A stretch of DNA of 64,000 nt from Bacillota bacterium (GTDB taxonomy: Bacteria; Bacillota; Limnochordia; Darwinibacteriales; Darwinibacteriaceae). Shown here in pieces: positions 1 to 9,095 of this stretch. The notes beneath the pieces were generated by a model that was not told where the DNA came from, searched no databases, and was given only the letters and a program-made list of their open reading frames with translations. Where the stretch lies: NCBI GenBank assembly GCA_012837385.1, contig DURH01000001.1, positions 1,349 to 65,348 on the forward strand. The letters run 5' to 3'. The position numbers and the translations under genes were made by a program. The number at the start of each line of letters is the position of its first letter. The first letter of the stretch is position 1.

Positions 1-1067
1 ATGATGGCAGGTCAGTGGTGAACCTTTCCTCCAACAACTACTTAGGCTTGACTAATAATCCCCGCATGATTGAAGCGGCTATTAAGGCCACTGAGGAGTT
101 CGGCGTTGGTTCAGGTGCAGTACGCACTATTGCTGGGCAGATGGATCTCCACAAGCAGCTGGAGGAAAAACTGGCCAAGTTTAAGAATGTGGAAGCCTGC
201 TTAGTCTTCCAATCTGGGTTCACCGCCAACTCCGGTACAGTAAGCTGCATTCTGGGTAGGGAAGACGTGATCATCAGCGACCAGCTGAACCACGCCAGCA
301 TCATCGATGGCTCCCGCCTGAGCAGAGCTGAGATTAAAGTCTACCCCCACGCCGACATGGACGGCTTGCGCGATGCCCTGAAGGAAGCTGGAGGCCGCCA
401 CAAACTGGTGGTAACCGACGGTGTCTTTTCCATGGATGGCGATATTGCACCCCTTCCAGAAGTGGTGAAACTTGCCCAGGAGTTCGGCGCAGCTGTGATG
501 GTGGACGATGCCCATGCCAGCGGTGTTCTGGGCCGCAACGGACGGGGAACAGTAGACCACTATGACCTCCACGGGCAAGTGGATATTCAGGTGGGCACCC
601 TTTCCAAAGCCATTGGGGTACTGGGCGGTTATGTAGCTGGGCCGCAGAAGCTCATTGATTACTTGGTACAGCGGGCGCGGCCGGTCCTGTTCAGCACCTC
701 ACATCCACCGGCAGTGACGGGAGCCTGCATAGCAGCCATTGACATCCTGCTGGAACAGCCGGAAATCATCGACAAGTTATGGGAGAATACCGAATTCTTC
801 CGTTCAGGGCTGAAAGAGCTGGGCTTCGATACAGGAGCGAGCGTCACGCCCATTATTCCTGTGATTACAGGCGATGAGCGCAAGGCCATGCAGCTGGCAG
901 ACGACTTGTTTGACGAGGGAGTATTTGCCCAAGGCATCGCTTTCCCCACAGTACCTCGGGGCAAAGCTAGAGTGCGCACCATTATCACTGCAACCCACAC
1001 CAGGGAGGATCTGCAGTACGCCTTGGATGCCTTTGCCAAGGTTGGGCGCAAGTTGGGCATCATCTAA
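1..1067 (+). CDS. kbl: glycine C-acetyltransferase (2-amino-3-ketobutyrate CoA ligase), 5'-truncated at window edge
   Basis: The frame is open from position 3, with no in-frame stop upstream of the listed start at 15. The product looks collinear with Kbl/BioF PLP-dependent alpha-oxoamine synthases: [45 protein letters not shown] (PLP lysine), and a C-terminus [11 protein letters not shown]...LGII. About 40 N-terminal residues are missing relative to E. coli Kbl. Confidence 0.85.
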   Translation, partial: DGRSVVNLSSNNYLGLTNNPRMIEAAIKATEEFGVGSGAVRTIAGQMDLHKQLEEKLAKFKNVEACLVFQSGFTANSGTVSCILGREDVIISDQLNHASIIDGSRLSRAEIKVYPHADMDGLRDALKEAGGRHKLVVTDGVFSMDGDIAPLPEVVKLAQEFGAAVMVDDAHASGVLGRNGRGTVDHYDLHGQVDIQVGTLSKAIGVLGGYVAGPQKLIDYLVQRARPVLFSTSHPPAVTGACIAAIDILLEQPEIIDKLWENTEFFRSGLKELGFDTGASVTPIIPVITGDERKAMQLADDLFDEGVFAQGIAFPTVPRGKARVRTIITATHTREDLQYALDAFAKVGRKLGII

Positions 1068-1081
1068 ACGTGGATATGACG

Positions 1082-1108
1082 AAAGCCCCGGCTTAGGCCG
1101 GGGCTTTT
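1082..1108. terminator. bidirectional rho-independent terminator between convergent kbl and DGK-like genes
   Basis: AAAGCCCCGGC-TTAG-GCCGGGGCTTT hairpin followed by a T run. It overlaps the stop codon of the minus-strand gene. Confidence 0.7.
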
Positions 1109-1974
1109 GGTACCACCACTTGTGCTGCTTGGGGCAGGATTTTGGCGTGTAATGGCCTGGCTGAGAAGATATCCCCATCAAGCATAACGGGCAAGCTCCG
1201 CCCTTCGATGCTTACTTCCCGGCCGGTCACAATGGAGACCGCGGGGTGGGACACGTGTTTCCCAGAATAAATCTTGGGCAGGGTAACCGCCAAATCCAAG
1301 CGGGAGATCCTATCGATGATCAGTACATGAAAAACACCGCTGTCATAGCGGGCTTCAGGCACGAACTGCATTCCCCCGCCGCAGTAGGGCATATTCATCA
1401 CGAACACGCCCACAACATCCTTTTCAAAGGTCTTTCCGTCCACCGTGATGCGAACGGGATAGGTGCGCAGCGAGCGTATGGTAGCCGCCACTCCCGCTAG
1501 AAAGGCGGCGGAGCCTTTGATCAAGCCGTCGCGGTGCTCGTTTACATGGATAATCACATCGACAGGAAAACCTATGCAGGCCAGCTGCCCGAACACCCTA
1601 TCTTGCTCCACGCCCACATCGAAGGGGGCGGTGGCGCCGGCAAGCAGTACCTTGAGGGCCTCCGGGATGTCTCTAGGAATGCCCAGGCCCCTAGCATAGT
1701 CATTGCCTGTACCACCTGGAATTACTCCAAAGGCTGAGGATGTCTGCCAAACGGCTGCCAGCACTTCCCTGGCAGTCCCATCGCCCCCCAAAGCTGCCAC
1801 AATTCTATGCTTACGGCTGGCTTGCTCGGCTAGTTCTACGGCATGTCCTGCGTATTTGGAAAAGATCATTTCGAAATCTATGTTCTGGTTGGTTAGAAGT
1901 TCCTGTACTGCCTGGGCGACTTTCTGGCCTCGTCCTCTGCCTGCCAGGGGATTGGCAATGATGGCTATGCTCAT
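1093..1974 (-). CDS. YegS/DagK/BmrU-family lipid (diacylglycerol) kinase
   Basis: GGDGT motif (AALGGDGTAREV) and a DAGK catalytic-domain-like layout. I placed the start at ATG 1974 (MSIAIIANPLAGRG), which follows a GGAGG RBS. The 49 upstream codons of the listed ORF are low-complexity A/S/P. Confidence 0.8.
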   Translation of the reverse strand: MSIAIIANPLAGRGRGQKVAQAVQELLTNQNIDFEMIFSKYAGHAVELAEQASRKHRIVAALGGDGTAREVLAAVWQTSSAFGVIPGGTGNDYARGLGIPRDIPEALKVLLAGATAPFDVGVEQDRVFGQLACIGFPVDVIIHVNEHRDGLIKGSAAFLAGVAATIRSLRTYPVRITVDGKTFEKDVVGVFVMNMPYCGGGMQFVPEARYDSGVFHVLIIDRISRLDLAVTLPKIYSGKHVSHPAVSIVTGREVSIEGRSLPVMLDGDIFSARPLHAKILPQAAQVVVPKAPA

Positions 1975-2057
1975 GTTGCGCCTCCTCAGCAATTTCTCCC
2001 TTTGGGATTCGCCATCATAAATCAAAACTCCTTCGTCCATACTACAGGCAGAAGGAG

Positions 2058-2270
2058 GTGCTGGACACTTTGGCGGAGGATAAGAAGAAGCAGAAGCAGA
2101 AGCGGCCGCAGAACAGAGCACACAATCAAAAAGCTTCCGGACTAGTCAACGCCAATCATTTCTTCGAAACAAGCGAGGAATTGGCTAACCGCCAACAAGA
2201 CGCGCAGCGCAAAGCCCAGAGCGGCACACAGCAACAGCCGGGCAAGAAAAACCCAGAAGGACCGGGTTAG
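2058..2270 (+). CDS. small Q/K/N-rich hydrophilic protein (hypothetical; possibly a minor SASP-like protein)
   Basis: 66-70 codons. AGGAGG lies directly upstream, so the start may be TTG at 2070. The ORF ends just before the hairpin at 2281-2303. GC3 is high, like neighbouring genes. No identifiable domain. Confidence 0.25.
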   Translation: MLDTLAEDKKKQKQKRPQNRAHNQKASGLVNANHFFETSEELANRQQDAQRKAQSGTQQQPGKKNPEGPG

Positions 2271-2303
2271 ATCAAAACAAAAAGGGAGCATCAGCTCCCT
2301 TTT
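2271..2303 (-). terminator. rho-independent terminator downstream of tRNA-Ala
   Basis: On the minus strand: AAAGGGAGC-TGAT-GCTCCCTTT followed by TTTTTGTTTTG. Confidence 0.6.
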
Positions 2304-2318
2304 GTGCTCAATAGCAGC

Positions 2319-2394
2319 TGGTGGAGATGAAGGGACTCGAACCCTCGACTTCCACGTTGCGAACGTGGCGCTCTCCCAGCTGAGCTACATCCCC
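2319..2394 (-). tRNA. tRNA-Ala (anticodon CGC)
   Basis: Reverse complement is GGGGATGTAGCTCAGCTGGGAGAGCGCCACGTTCGCAACGTGG...GGTTCGAGTCCCTTCATCTCCACCA. It has a G3:U70 pair, anticodon loop TTCGCAA, a T-loop GGTTCGAGTCC and an encoded CCA. Confidence 0.9.
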
Positions 2395-2481
2395 ACCTTC
2401 TGGAGGTAGATATTCGCTCTTCTGTCTCCAGATCCTACTAGGCTGCCTTTCGCCGAGCAAAAAAAGACGGGGAGCAGGGGA

Positions 2482-2910
2482 CTAAAGGCCCTGATTGCTG
2501 AGTAAGCCGACCAGCCTGGTTAGTTCTTGGGCCGCCTCCAGGACACCCTGCTCGTCTTGGCCCCAGACGGCTTCCTGGAGGGCCTGAAGAAGTTGGCCCA
2601 TCTGTCTTTCCATTTCCAGGCTTTCCGCACTTCTTGGCCGGAGACTCTCCCACAGGCGCTGCAGATCTTGCAGGCCCTGGCCGGCCTTTCTCCAGTCAGC
2701 CTCCACAGCTGCCTGGGAGACCGCATCTAGGGAGTTTTGCAGTTCTGTCAATGGTGAAAGCGGGGCAGAGAGAGGTGCAGGCTCAGCTTCCCTGGTGAAG
2801 ACGATCTCTCGACCCGTAGTATCAGGACCCGGCTGGGGTGCGGATGCGTACCTAGCTGTGAACAGCACAATCCCCAGCACTACCGCGGCTAACAAGAGTT
2901 TTCTGTGCAC
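2482..2910 (-). CDS. hypothetical membrane-anchored/secreted protein (N-terminal TM or signal, Q/L-rich helical body)
   Basis: The N-terminus MHRKLLLAAVVLGIVLFTARYASA is hydrophobic. It lies divergent from the GT4 gene. No recognisable catalytic motif. Confidence 0.5.
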   Translation of the reverse strand: MHRKLLLAAVVLGIVLFTARYASAPQPGPDTTGREIVFTREAEPAPLSAPLSPLTELQNSLDAVSQAAVEADWRKAGQGLQDLQRLWESLRPRSAESLEMERQMGQLLQALQEAVWGQDEQGVLEAAQELTRLVGLLSNQGL

Positions 2911-2999
2911 AGAATCTCTCCTTTCCCCACCAGTATTCCCCGTATTGATTGATAAATTTGGTCCACAATAAATGAGAGAACAGCAGGGGGGAAAGCTTA

Positions 3000-4094
3000 A
3001 TGAAGGTCGTGTGGGTGGTCAGGCCTGCAGAAGGGGGAATTCTGCACCATCTGAGGCAGCTGTTAGCAGGGCTTCCCGATTGGGAAATCACCGTGGTGGC
3101 ACCGGCAGCTCTCCAAGAAGTGCTGGATGTCCAGCACTTTATCGATCTAGAGTTAGTAGATGGCTTGCGTCCCAAGGAAGATTTCTCCGCGGTGAGGAAG
3201 CTGAGGCGCATTTTGAAGCAGGAACAAGCCCAAATCGTGCATGCCCATGGCTTGAAAGCGGCCCTGATTACTGCTGCTGCTCTAGCTCCAAGGCGGCACC
3301 CCCATTTCTTGTTTACAGCCCATAATGCCCTACCTCAGAGTTCGTCGAGGTTCACGGGCTGGGCCTCCACTCTGGTGCAGCGCTGGATGTTCAACTGCAT
3401 GAGCACCATTATCAGCGTATCAGATTCGGTGCGCTCCCAGATTACCCGCTACGTCCCTGAGGGGAAAGTGCTCACCATTTACAATGGGATTTGCTCCAGT
3501 CAGTTTGGGGAATGCCCTGTAGAAGTGTCCCGCCGTTCCCTTGATTTGCAGGAGGAAGACCAAGTGGTGGGCACAGTGGCCCGCCTGATCCCTGGGAAGG
3601 GAGTGAGCACTCTCTTGGAAGCCGTTTCACTGGTAGCCAAGATCCTGCCCAGGCTCCACCTGGTTGTGGTGGGGGATGGGCCTGAGCGCGCCAAGCTGGA
3701 GGCCTACAGCAGGCGCTTAGGATTGGCAGATCGAGTACGCTTCCTAGGCTGGAGAGAAGATGTACCCACCCTGATGGCGGGCTGGGACTGTTTTGCTTTG
3801 CCCAGCCTTAGTGAGGGCTTCAATTTAAGTGTGCTGGAAGCCATGGCCAGCCGCCTGCCGGTAGTGGTGTCAGATTTGCCCGCTCTGCGGGAAGCCGTGA
3901 TCCATGGCAAAGGAGGGTTTCTTGTCCTCCCAGGCAGTGCACCCGATCTGGCCGCGGCACTCCTCCAAGTGCTGAAGGATCCCGCCAAGGCTAAGACCAT
4001 GGGGGCCTTTAACCGAGACAGGGTGGAAACCTGTTTTGGTGCCGAACGCATGGTCAGCTGCACCAGAGCGCTCTATGAAGGTATGATCACATGA
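3000..4094 (+). CDS. glycosyltransferase family 4 (GT-B fold)
   Basis: The C-terminal half carries the GT4 E-x7-E region (FALPSLSEGFNLSVLEAMASRLPVVVSD). Its stop overlaps the next gene's start (ATGA at 4091-4094). Confidence 0.8.
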   Translation: MKVVWVVRPAEGGILHHLRQLLAGLPDWEITVVAPAALQEVLDVQHFIDLELVDGLRPKEDFSAVRKLRRILKQEQAQIVHAHGLKAALITAAALAPRRHPHFLFTAHNALPQSSSRFTGWASTLVQRWMFNCMSTIISVSDSVRSQITRYVPEGKVLTIYNGICSSQFGECPVEVSRRSLDLQEEDQVVGTVARLIPGKGVSTLLEAVSLVAKILPRLHLVVVGDGPERAKLEAYSRRLGLADRVRFLGWREDVPTLMAGWDCFALPSLSEGFNLSVLEAMASRLPVVVSDLPALREAVIHGKGGFLVLPGSAPDLAAALLQVLKDPAKAKTMGAFNRDRVETCFGAERMVSCTRALYEGMIT

Positions 4095-6370
4095 AGCTCA
4101 AGCCCGTTGCGGTGCTGCTGGGGGCCTTGGTGGTTTTGGCTTGGTGTCTCTGCTCTCCTGGTGTATTGGCAGGGCAGACCGCCGCTGAGCAGGTTGTTTT
4201 GGTGCTATGGCACGGCTTAACTATGGAAGACGCGGCAATCCTACGGCTGCAGGGACCTGTGGCCTTAGGGCTGCTTAACACCAGAGCCGGGGGAGGAGAC
4301 AGCCTGTCAGCAGCCTACCTCAGTATCGGCGCGGGAGCCAGGGCTGTGGGCTGGAGAGGGGCAGCGGCCTTCCAGCCCAGGGAGGTGGCAGAGCACCTCT
4401 ATCGGCGCAACACAGGATTAGAACCAGGAGTCTATATCCAGCCGGACATTGCCCTGATTTGGGCAGCTCAAGATGTGAGCTACCGGGTGGAGCTGGGTGC
4501 CCTTGGGACTTCTTTTCTGGAAGCTGGGGAAGGGGTCAGGGTACTGGGAAACAGCAGCGGGTCCAGCGATTACCACTGGGGGGCCTTAACTGCAATGGAC
4601 AGCTTCGGCCGCATCTGGCAGGGGGAGATTGATACGGAGTTTCTCACTGCGGACCCCCGCTACCCTTTTGGAGTGCGCACCGACTATGCCCAGCTGGCCC
4701 AGGCGGTGTGGGATGCCGAGGAAAGGCTGATCGTGGTGGATTTGGGGGATCCTTTCCGCTGTGATTTGTACCAGGAGTACCTCCTACCTGAGCAGCGGGA
4801 GACAGTGCGCGCTGTGATGGTGGGGGAGGCGGCGGGCTTTGTGGAGGGGCTGTCCCGAGAGCGCCCTGAAGGAACAGTACTGATTTTGATCAGCCCCCAT
4901 CCCCCTCTGGGAGCCGCCAGGGAGGGGAAATGGTTGACTCCAGTAATCTTAGTTGGACTCCAGGAAGGGCTTTTGATTTCCGCCACCACTCGTTGGCCGG
5001 GAATCATCACAAACATGGATGTGGCCCCAACTATACTGCGGCTTCTGCAGATCAGCCATACCCAGCCCTTTATTGGACGAGCAGCGGCAGTAAAGGAGAC
5101 AGGGGATGCCAGAAACCAGCTGGCCGCCATGGCGGGGAAAATCAGCGCTCTCTCTCGCTGTCGCAGCCTGGTTCTGCGCTTGGTTGTGATCGCTCAAATA
5201 GGGGTCTACACAGCCGTCTTGGTTTCTTTGATTCTCAGCAGCCAGCTGCCTGACTGGACTGTGCGGGCCCTGCAATCAGCCCTTCTAGCCCTGCTTTCCA
5301 CGCCGTTGGCGCTGCTCTTCTGGGATATCAGTCCTCTGCTCTCCGCCCTGATTCTGCTGGTGGTGATCCTTGGGGGAATGAAGTACCCCCGGCCGCTGCT
5401 CTTGGTGGGCGTGGTCTCGCTGCTCACCAGCGCAGCCCTGAGCGTGGATATCCTGAGTGACAGCCGGCTGATGCGCTACTCGCCTCTGGGATATGACCCC
5501 GTGGGGGGAGCCCGTTTTTACGGCATTGGCAATGAATACATGGGTGTTCTGGTGGGATCCAGCATAATGGCCTGGGCCATTTTCGCTGGTGGAAGGAGGG
5601 AGCGCTGGGTTCAGCTCCTGGGACTAGCGCTGTTTGCTGGGCTGATTGTGCTTATCGGGGCCCCACCCCTAGGGACGAATGCTGGAGGGGCTATCAGTGC
5701 GGTGTTCGGCTTCGCAGTTGTGTGGCTGGGGTTGGCTGGAATCAAAAGGGGCTGGGTGAGCGCTGCCGCGGCAGCCTTCTGCGCGGTGCTGGTCTTAGGT
5801 TTGTTTGCCTGGCTGGACAGCGCTAACCCTGAAGATCAGCAGTCCCATATAGGGCAGGCGGCGGAGCTGTTTCGCCGCGATGGCGCCTCAGCCTTGTTGT
5901 TGATTATCCAACGCAAGCTGGAAATGAACCTTAGGCTGCTGCGTTACAGCATCTGGAGCCGCGCCCTCATTGTCACCCTGGCCGCCATGTCAGCCAGCTT
6001 TATCTGGCCCTCTAAGTTCATTTCTTGGCTGAAAAAAAACCACCCCGCTGCCTCCAAGGGCATCGGCGGGGTGGTGCTCGGCGCTGTTGCTGCTTTGATT
6101 TTCAACGATTCAGGAGTGGTGGCTGCAGCTACCTGTATCAGCTTCGGCTCTTCGCCTTTACTCCTGCTGGCGCTGGGCTCAAAACATGATCTTACTGCGC
6201 CGCAGGCCCACGTTGAGAATGACAGCCACCGCCATCAGACTGGTGATCATGGTACTCCCCCCAGCAGTGATAAAGGGGAGGGGAAGCCCAGTAACGGGCA
6301 TGATGCCCAAGGTCATACCCACATTAATGATCAGATGGAAGAAGAAAATGCTGGTAGCCCCCGCGGCTAA
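4091..6370 (+). CDS. large membrane protein: signal peptide, an alkaline-phosphatase-superfamily-like ectodomain of about 330 aa, then a C-terminal polytopic TM domain of at least 10 helices
   Basis: The signal reads MKLKPVAVLLGALVVLAWCLCSPGVLAG. Ectodomain motifs are LWHGLT, TRAGGGDS, ISPHPP and NMDVAPTILRLL, the last being the D-x-A-P-T-x-L signature of alkaline-phosphatase-fold enzymes. The C-terminal 400 aa are strongly hydrophobic. The 3' 192 nt overlap the convergent SEDS gene. Confidence 0.7.
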   Translation: MKLKPVAVLLGALVVLAWCLCSPGVLAGQTAAEQVVLVLWHGLTMEDAAILRLQGPVALGLLNTRAGGGDSLSAAYLSIGAGARAVGWRGAAAFQPREVAEHLYRRNTGLEPGVYIQPDIALIWAAQDVSYRVELGALGTSFLEAGEGVRVLGNSSGSSDYHWGALTAMDSFGRIWQGEIDTEFLTADPRYPFGVRTDYAQLAQAVWDAEERLIVVDLGDPFRCDLYQEYLLPEQRETVRAVMVGEAAGFVEGLSRERPEGTVLILISPHPPLGAAREGKWLTPVILVGLQEGLLISATTRWPGIITNMDVAPTILRLLQISHTQPFIGRAAAVKETGDARNQLAAMAGKISALSRCRSLVLRLVVIAQIGVYTAVLVSLILSSQLPDWTVRALQSALLALLSTPLALLFWDISPLLSALILLVVILGGMKYPRPLLLVGVVSLLTSAALSVDILSDSRLMRYSPLGYDPVGGARFYGIGNEYMGVLVGSSIMAWAIFAGGRRERWVQLLGLALFAGLIVLIGAPPLGTNAGGAISAVFGFAVVWLGLAGIKRGWVSAAAAAFCAVLVLGLFAWLDSANPEDQQSHIGQAAELFRRDGASALLLIIQRKLEMNLRLLRYSIWSRALIVTLAAMSASFIWPSKFISWLKKNHPAASKGIGGVVLGAVAALIFNDSGVVAAATCISFGSSPLLLLALGSKHDLTAPQAHVENDSHRHQTGDHGTPPSSDKGEGKPSNGHDAQGHTHINDQMEEENAGSPRG

Positions 6371-7321
6371 GAGCGTACCGTAGGTGTCTTTGGCAATGGC
6401 GGCTATGTGCAGGCCCCGCCAGATGAGCAGGACGAAGAGGGCCAGTACAAACAGGGAGCCCAAAAAGCCGAACTCCTCAGCGATCACGGAGAACACAAAA
6501 TCGGTATGGTTGGCAGGCAAGAAGTGCAGGGAACTTTGGGTTCCTCCCAACACGCCCTTGCCTAGAAATCCGCCTGAGCCAATGGCGATGATGGATTGAA
6601 TGACGTTCCAGCCCGCACCATCTCTGTCAGCGTAGGGGTTCAAGAACACCAAGATTCGGGTGAGTTGGTAGGGTTTGATCACCTTGAGCCAGCCCTGCAG
6701 GGAGGCGACAACTACTCCTACACCAACTGCGATGAGTGAAAATCCAGCAATTAAGAGGTCTTTTAGGCGAGCGTTGCCCACATACCACATGGTGAAAAAC
6801 AGGCCGACAAAAATCACCGCGGTACCGAGGTCAGGCTGGATTAAAATAAGGCCCATGGGAACGAGCGTAAGCAGGGCTGCCTGAGCAATGCCCTTCATGG
6901 AGAGGGCGTTTTCTTCCTTTTCGAAAAACCGAGCGAGTGCTAAAACCAGGGTGATTTTGGCCAGCTCAGAAGGCTGGAGGCTCAGGGGGCCCAGGCGCAT
7001 CCAGCGCTGGGATCCAAACACACTCTTTCCGAAGACGAGCACGCCTACTAGAAGGATGATGGAAGCCAGATAAATCAGCTTGGACCAGCGTTTCCAGGCT
7101 CTGTAATCGATGGATATGATCACTATGGACAGAACCAGGCCGATGACGAAGGCTAGGGCTTGGCGTTGGACATAATGGAAAGGGTTGAGGCCAGCCGCTG
7201 CCAGCTGGGAATGAGATGCGGAATAAATGACCACCATGCCGATGGCAGTGAGGCATAGGACCGCGAGAATTAAGAGCCAATCTAAGTTGCGCCAATAGCG
7301 TCGAGGTATGTTCATCGGCAT
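6179..7321 (-). CDS. SEDS-family peptidoglycan glycosyltransferase (RodA/FtsW/SpoVE)
   Basis: A 10-TM protein with an N-terminus YWRNLDWLLILAVLCLTAIGMVVIYSAS and conserved SEDS blocks (PSELAKI, GGTQSSLHFLP...TDF). Confidence 0.85.
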   Translation of the reverse strand: MPMNIPRRYWRNLDWLLILAVLCLTAIGMVVIYSASHSQLAAAGLNPFHYVQRQALAFVIGLVLSIVIISIDYRAWKRWSKLIYLASIILLVGVLVFGKSVFGSQRWMRLGPLSLQPSELAKITLVLALARFFEKEENALSMKGIAQAALLTLVPMGLILIQPDLGTAVIFVGLFFTMWYVGNARLKDLLIAGFSLIAVGVGVVVASLQGWLKVIKPYQLTRILVFLNPYADRDGAGWNVIQSIIAIGSGGFLGKGVLGGTQSSLHFLPANHTDFVFSVIAEEFGFLGSLFVLALFVLLIWRGLHIAAIAKDTYGTLLAAGATSIFFFHLIINVGMTLGIMPVTGLPLPFITAGGSTMITSLMAVAVILNVGLRRSKIMF

Positions 7322-7385
7322 CCCCCTTTCCGTTTTCCCATCCCATTATACCTGTTTTTTCACGGCCAAACTAGTCCAAAAGGAG

Positions 7386-7414
7386 TTGACCCCCATTTTC
7401 GCCTCTGTTATAAT
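7386..7414 (+). promoter_or_regulatory. sigma-A-type promoter for the tRNA-Lys/tRNA-Leu pair
   Basis: TTGACC (7386-7391), a 17-nt spacer, then TATAAT (7409-7414). The promoter lies about 20 nt upstream of tRNA-Lys. Confidence 0.7.
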
Positions 7415-7434
7415 ACAATAGCATTGATCAGCAG

Positions 7435-7510
7435 GAGCCATTAGCTCAGTCGGTAGAGCACCGGACTTTTAATCCGGGTGTCCCGCGTTCGAGTCGCGGA
7501 TGGCTCACCA
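7435..7510 (+). tRNA. tRNA-Lys (anticodon TTT)
   Basis: GAGCCATTAGCTCAGTCGGTAGAGCACCGGACTTTTAATCCGG...TTCGAGTCGCGGATGGCTCACCA. The acceptor GAGCCAT pairs with ATGGCTC, and the anticodon loop is CTTTTAA. Confidence 0.9.
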
Positions 7511-7531
7511 TCCAATTTTTCGCAGTGATGT

Positions 7532-7617
7532 GCAGGCGTGGCGGAACTGGCAGACGCGCTAGACTTAGGATCTAGTGGGCAGACCCCGTGAGAGTTCGAC
7601 TCTCTCCGCCTGCACCA
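7532..7617 (+). tRNA. tRNA-Leu (anticodon TAG), long variable arm
   Basis: GCAGGCGTGGCGGAACTGGCAGACGCGCTAGACTTAGGATCTAGTGGGCAGACCCCGTGAGAGTTCGACTCTCTCCGCCTGCACCA. The anticodon loop is CTTAGGA. Confidence 0.9.
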
Positions 7618-7708
7618 TTTTCATATACATAACTGGCTGCACCTTTTAGTGTGCTTTTTTTGCGCTTACAGTAGTGAGCGTTCACATAGTGAAAGGAGAT
7701 TTTGCATT

Positions 7709-9073
7709 ATGGCAACCAAACTGGAGAAACTGGAAAACAGCAGAGTTAAGCTAACCGTAGATATAGATGCCGATGTATTAGAGCAAGCTATGCAAGAAGC
7801 TTACCGCCGGAATGTGAAAAGGATCAACATTCCAGGCTTTAGAAAGGGGAAAGCTCCCCGCAAGATTATTGAACTCAACTACGGACCTGATGTTTTTCTG
7901 CAGGATGCTGTGGAGATCCTCCTGCCCAGGCTGTATGAAGAAGCGGTTGAAGAGACCCAAATTCGCCCTGTAGACCAGCCCGACGCTGATCTCACAGAGG
8001 TAGAGCGGGGGAAAGGCGCGACTTTCACCTTCACAGTGGATGTCTATCCCGAACTCACCCTTGGTAACTACAAGGATCTGGAAGTAGAACGGGAAATCGT
8101 CACCATCACCGATGCAGACGTGGAGAACGTCCTCAAGCAGCAGCAGGAACGCAGCGCCCAACTTGTGGTTTCAGAACGTACAACCGTGCAGGAGGGAGAC
8201 TTCTGCGTTATCGACTTTATCGGCTACGTTGACGGCAAGCCCTTCAGCGGCGGAGCAGGGGAGAACCAAGTGTTGGAGATCGGCTCTGGCCGGTTTATCC
8301 CTGGTTTTGAGGAGCAGCTCATTGGCTTCGAAGTCGGCCAAACCTCCGATATTAATGTAACTTTCCCAGAGACTTACCACGCTGAGGAATTGGCAGGCAA
8401 AGACGCAGTCTTTTCCGTGACCGTCAAGGAGCTCAAGGAAAAGGTTGTACCCGAGCTCGATGACGAGTTCGCTAAGGATATCAGCGAGTTCGATACCATG
8501 GAAGAGCTGAGGGCCACCATCCGAAAAAACCTGGAGGACGAGGCTACCCGCAGAACCAACGCCGCGATGGAGAATAAACTATTAGAGCGCATTGCCGAGG
8601 ACAGCGAGGTGGAAGTTCCACAATCCATGGTTCGTCACGAGGCAGAGCACCTCTACGAGATGTTCATCTACAATCTGGCCGGCCAGGGCATTGGTGAAGA
8701 GATGTACCTGGAGATGACCGGGCAGAGCAAGGAGCAGCTGCTGGAGAACTTCCTTCCTCAGGCGGAGACCAGAATCATCCATGACCTCATCCTAGAGGCA
8801 ATCCGGGAAAAAGAAGGTATTGAGGTTTCCGATGAAGAAATCGATGATAAGATCACAGAGTACATGGAAGAGTATGGCGACGGCGACCTTGATCCTGCTG
8901 CCCAGGAACGGATGCGGGAACACTATGAAAAGAACAGAACCGGCATAGCCAATTCTCTGGCTCGTGAGAAGACTATGAAGGTTATTGTGGACAGCGCTCG
9001 CATTACCGAGGTAGAAGCCGCTCAAGACTCAGAGCAGTCAGAAGTAGAGGAAGCGGAGGAATCTGCAGAGTAA
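7709..9073 (+). CDS. tig: trigger factor
   Basis: [20 protein letters not shown]..., with an FKBP-type PPIase middle domain ([11 protein letters not shown]...[12 protein letters not shown]). AAAGGAG RBS sits 10 nt upstream of ATG 7709. The listed ORF starts 20 codons earlier, which is probably spurious. Confidence 0.9.
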   Translation: MATKLEKLENSRVKLTVDIDADVLEQAMQEAYRRNVKRINIPGFRKGKAPRKIIELNYGPDVFLQDAVEILLPRLYEEAVEETQIRPVDQPDADLTEVERGKGATFTFTVDVYPELTLGNYKDLEVEREIVTITDADVENVLKQQQERSAQLVVSERTTVQEGDFCVIDFIGYVDGKPFSGGAGENQVLEIGSGRFIPGFEEQLIGFEVGQTSDINVTFPETYHAEELAGKDAVFSVTVKELKEKVVPELDDEFAKDISEFDTMEELRATIRKNLEDEATRRTNAAMENKLLERIAEDSEVEVPQSMVRHEAEHLYEMFIYNLAGQGIGEEMYLEMTGQSKEQLLENFLPQAETRIIHDLILEAIREKEGIEVSDEEIDDKITEYMEEYGDGDLDPAAQERMREHYEKNRTGIANSLAREKTMKVIVDSARITEVEAAQDSEQSEVEEAEESAE

Positions 9074-9095
9074 GAACAGAAAGGCGGGGAGAGAC

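Noticed and set aside
6179-6370. 192-nt convergent overlap between the large membrane protein ORF and the SEDS gene, considered as a possible frameshift or pseudogene
   Set aside because: Both reading frames are intact and both products have complete domain sets before the overlap. The overlap probably reflects a stop-poor antisense frame extending a non-essential tail, so it is reported as a note rather than a pseudogene.
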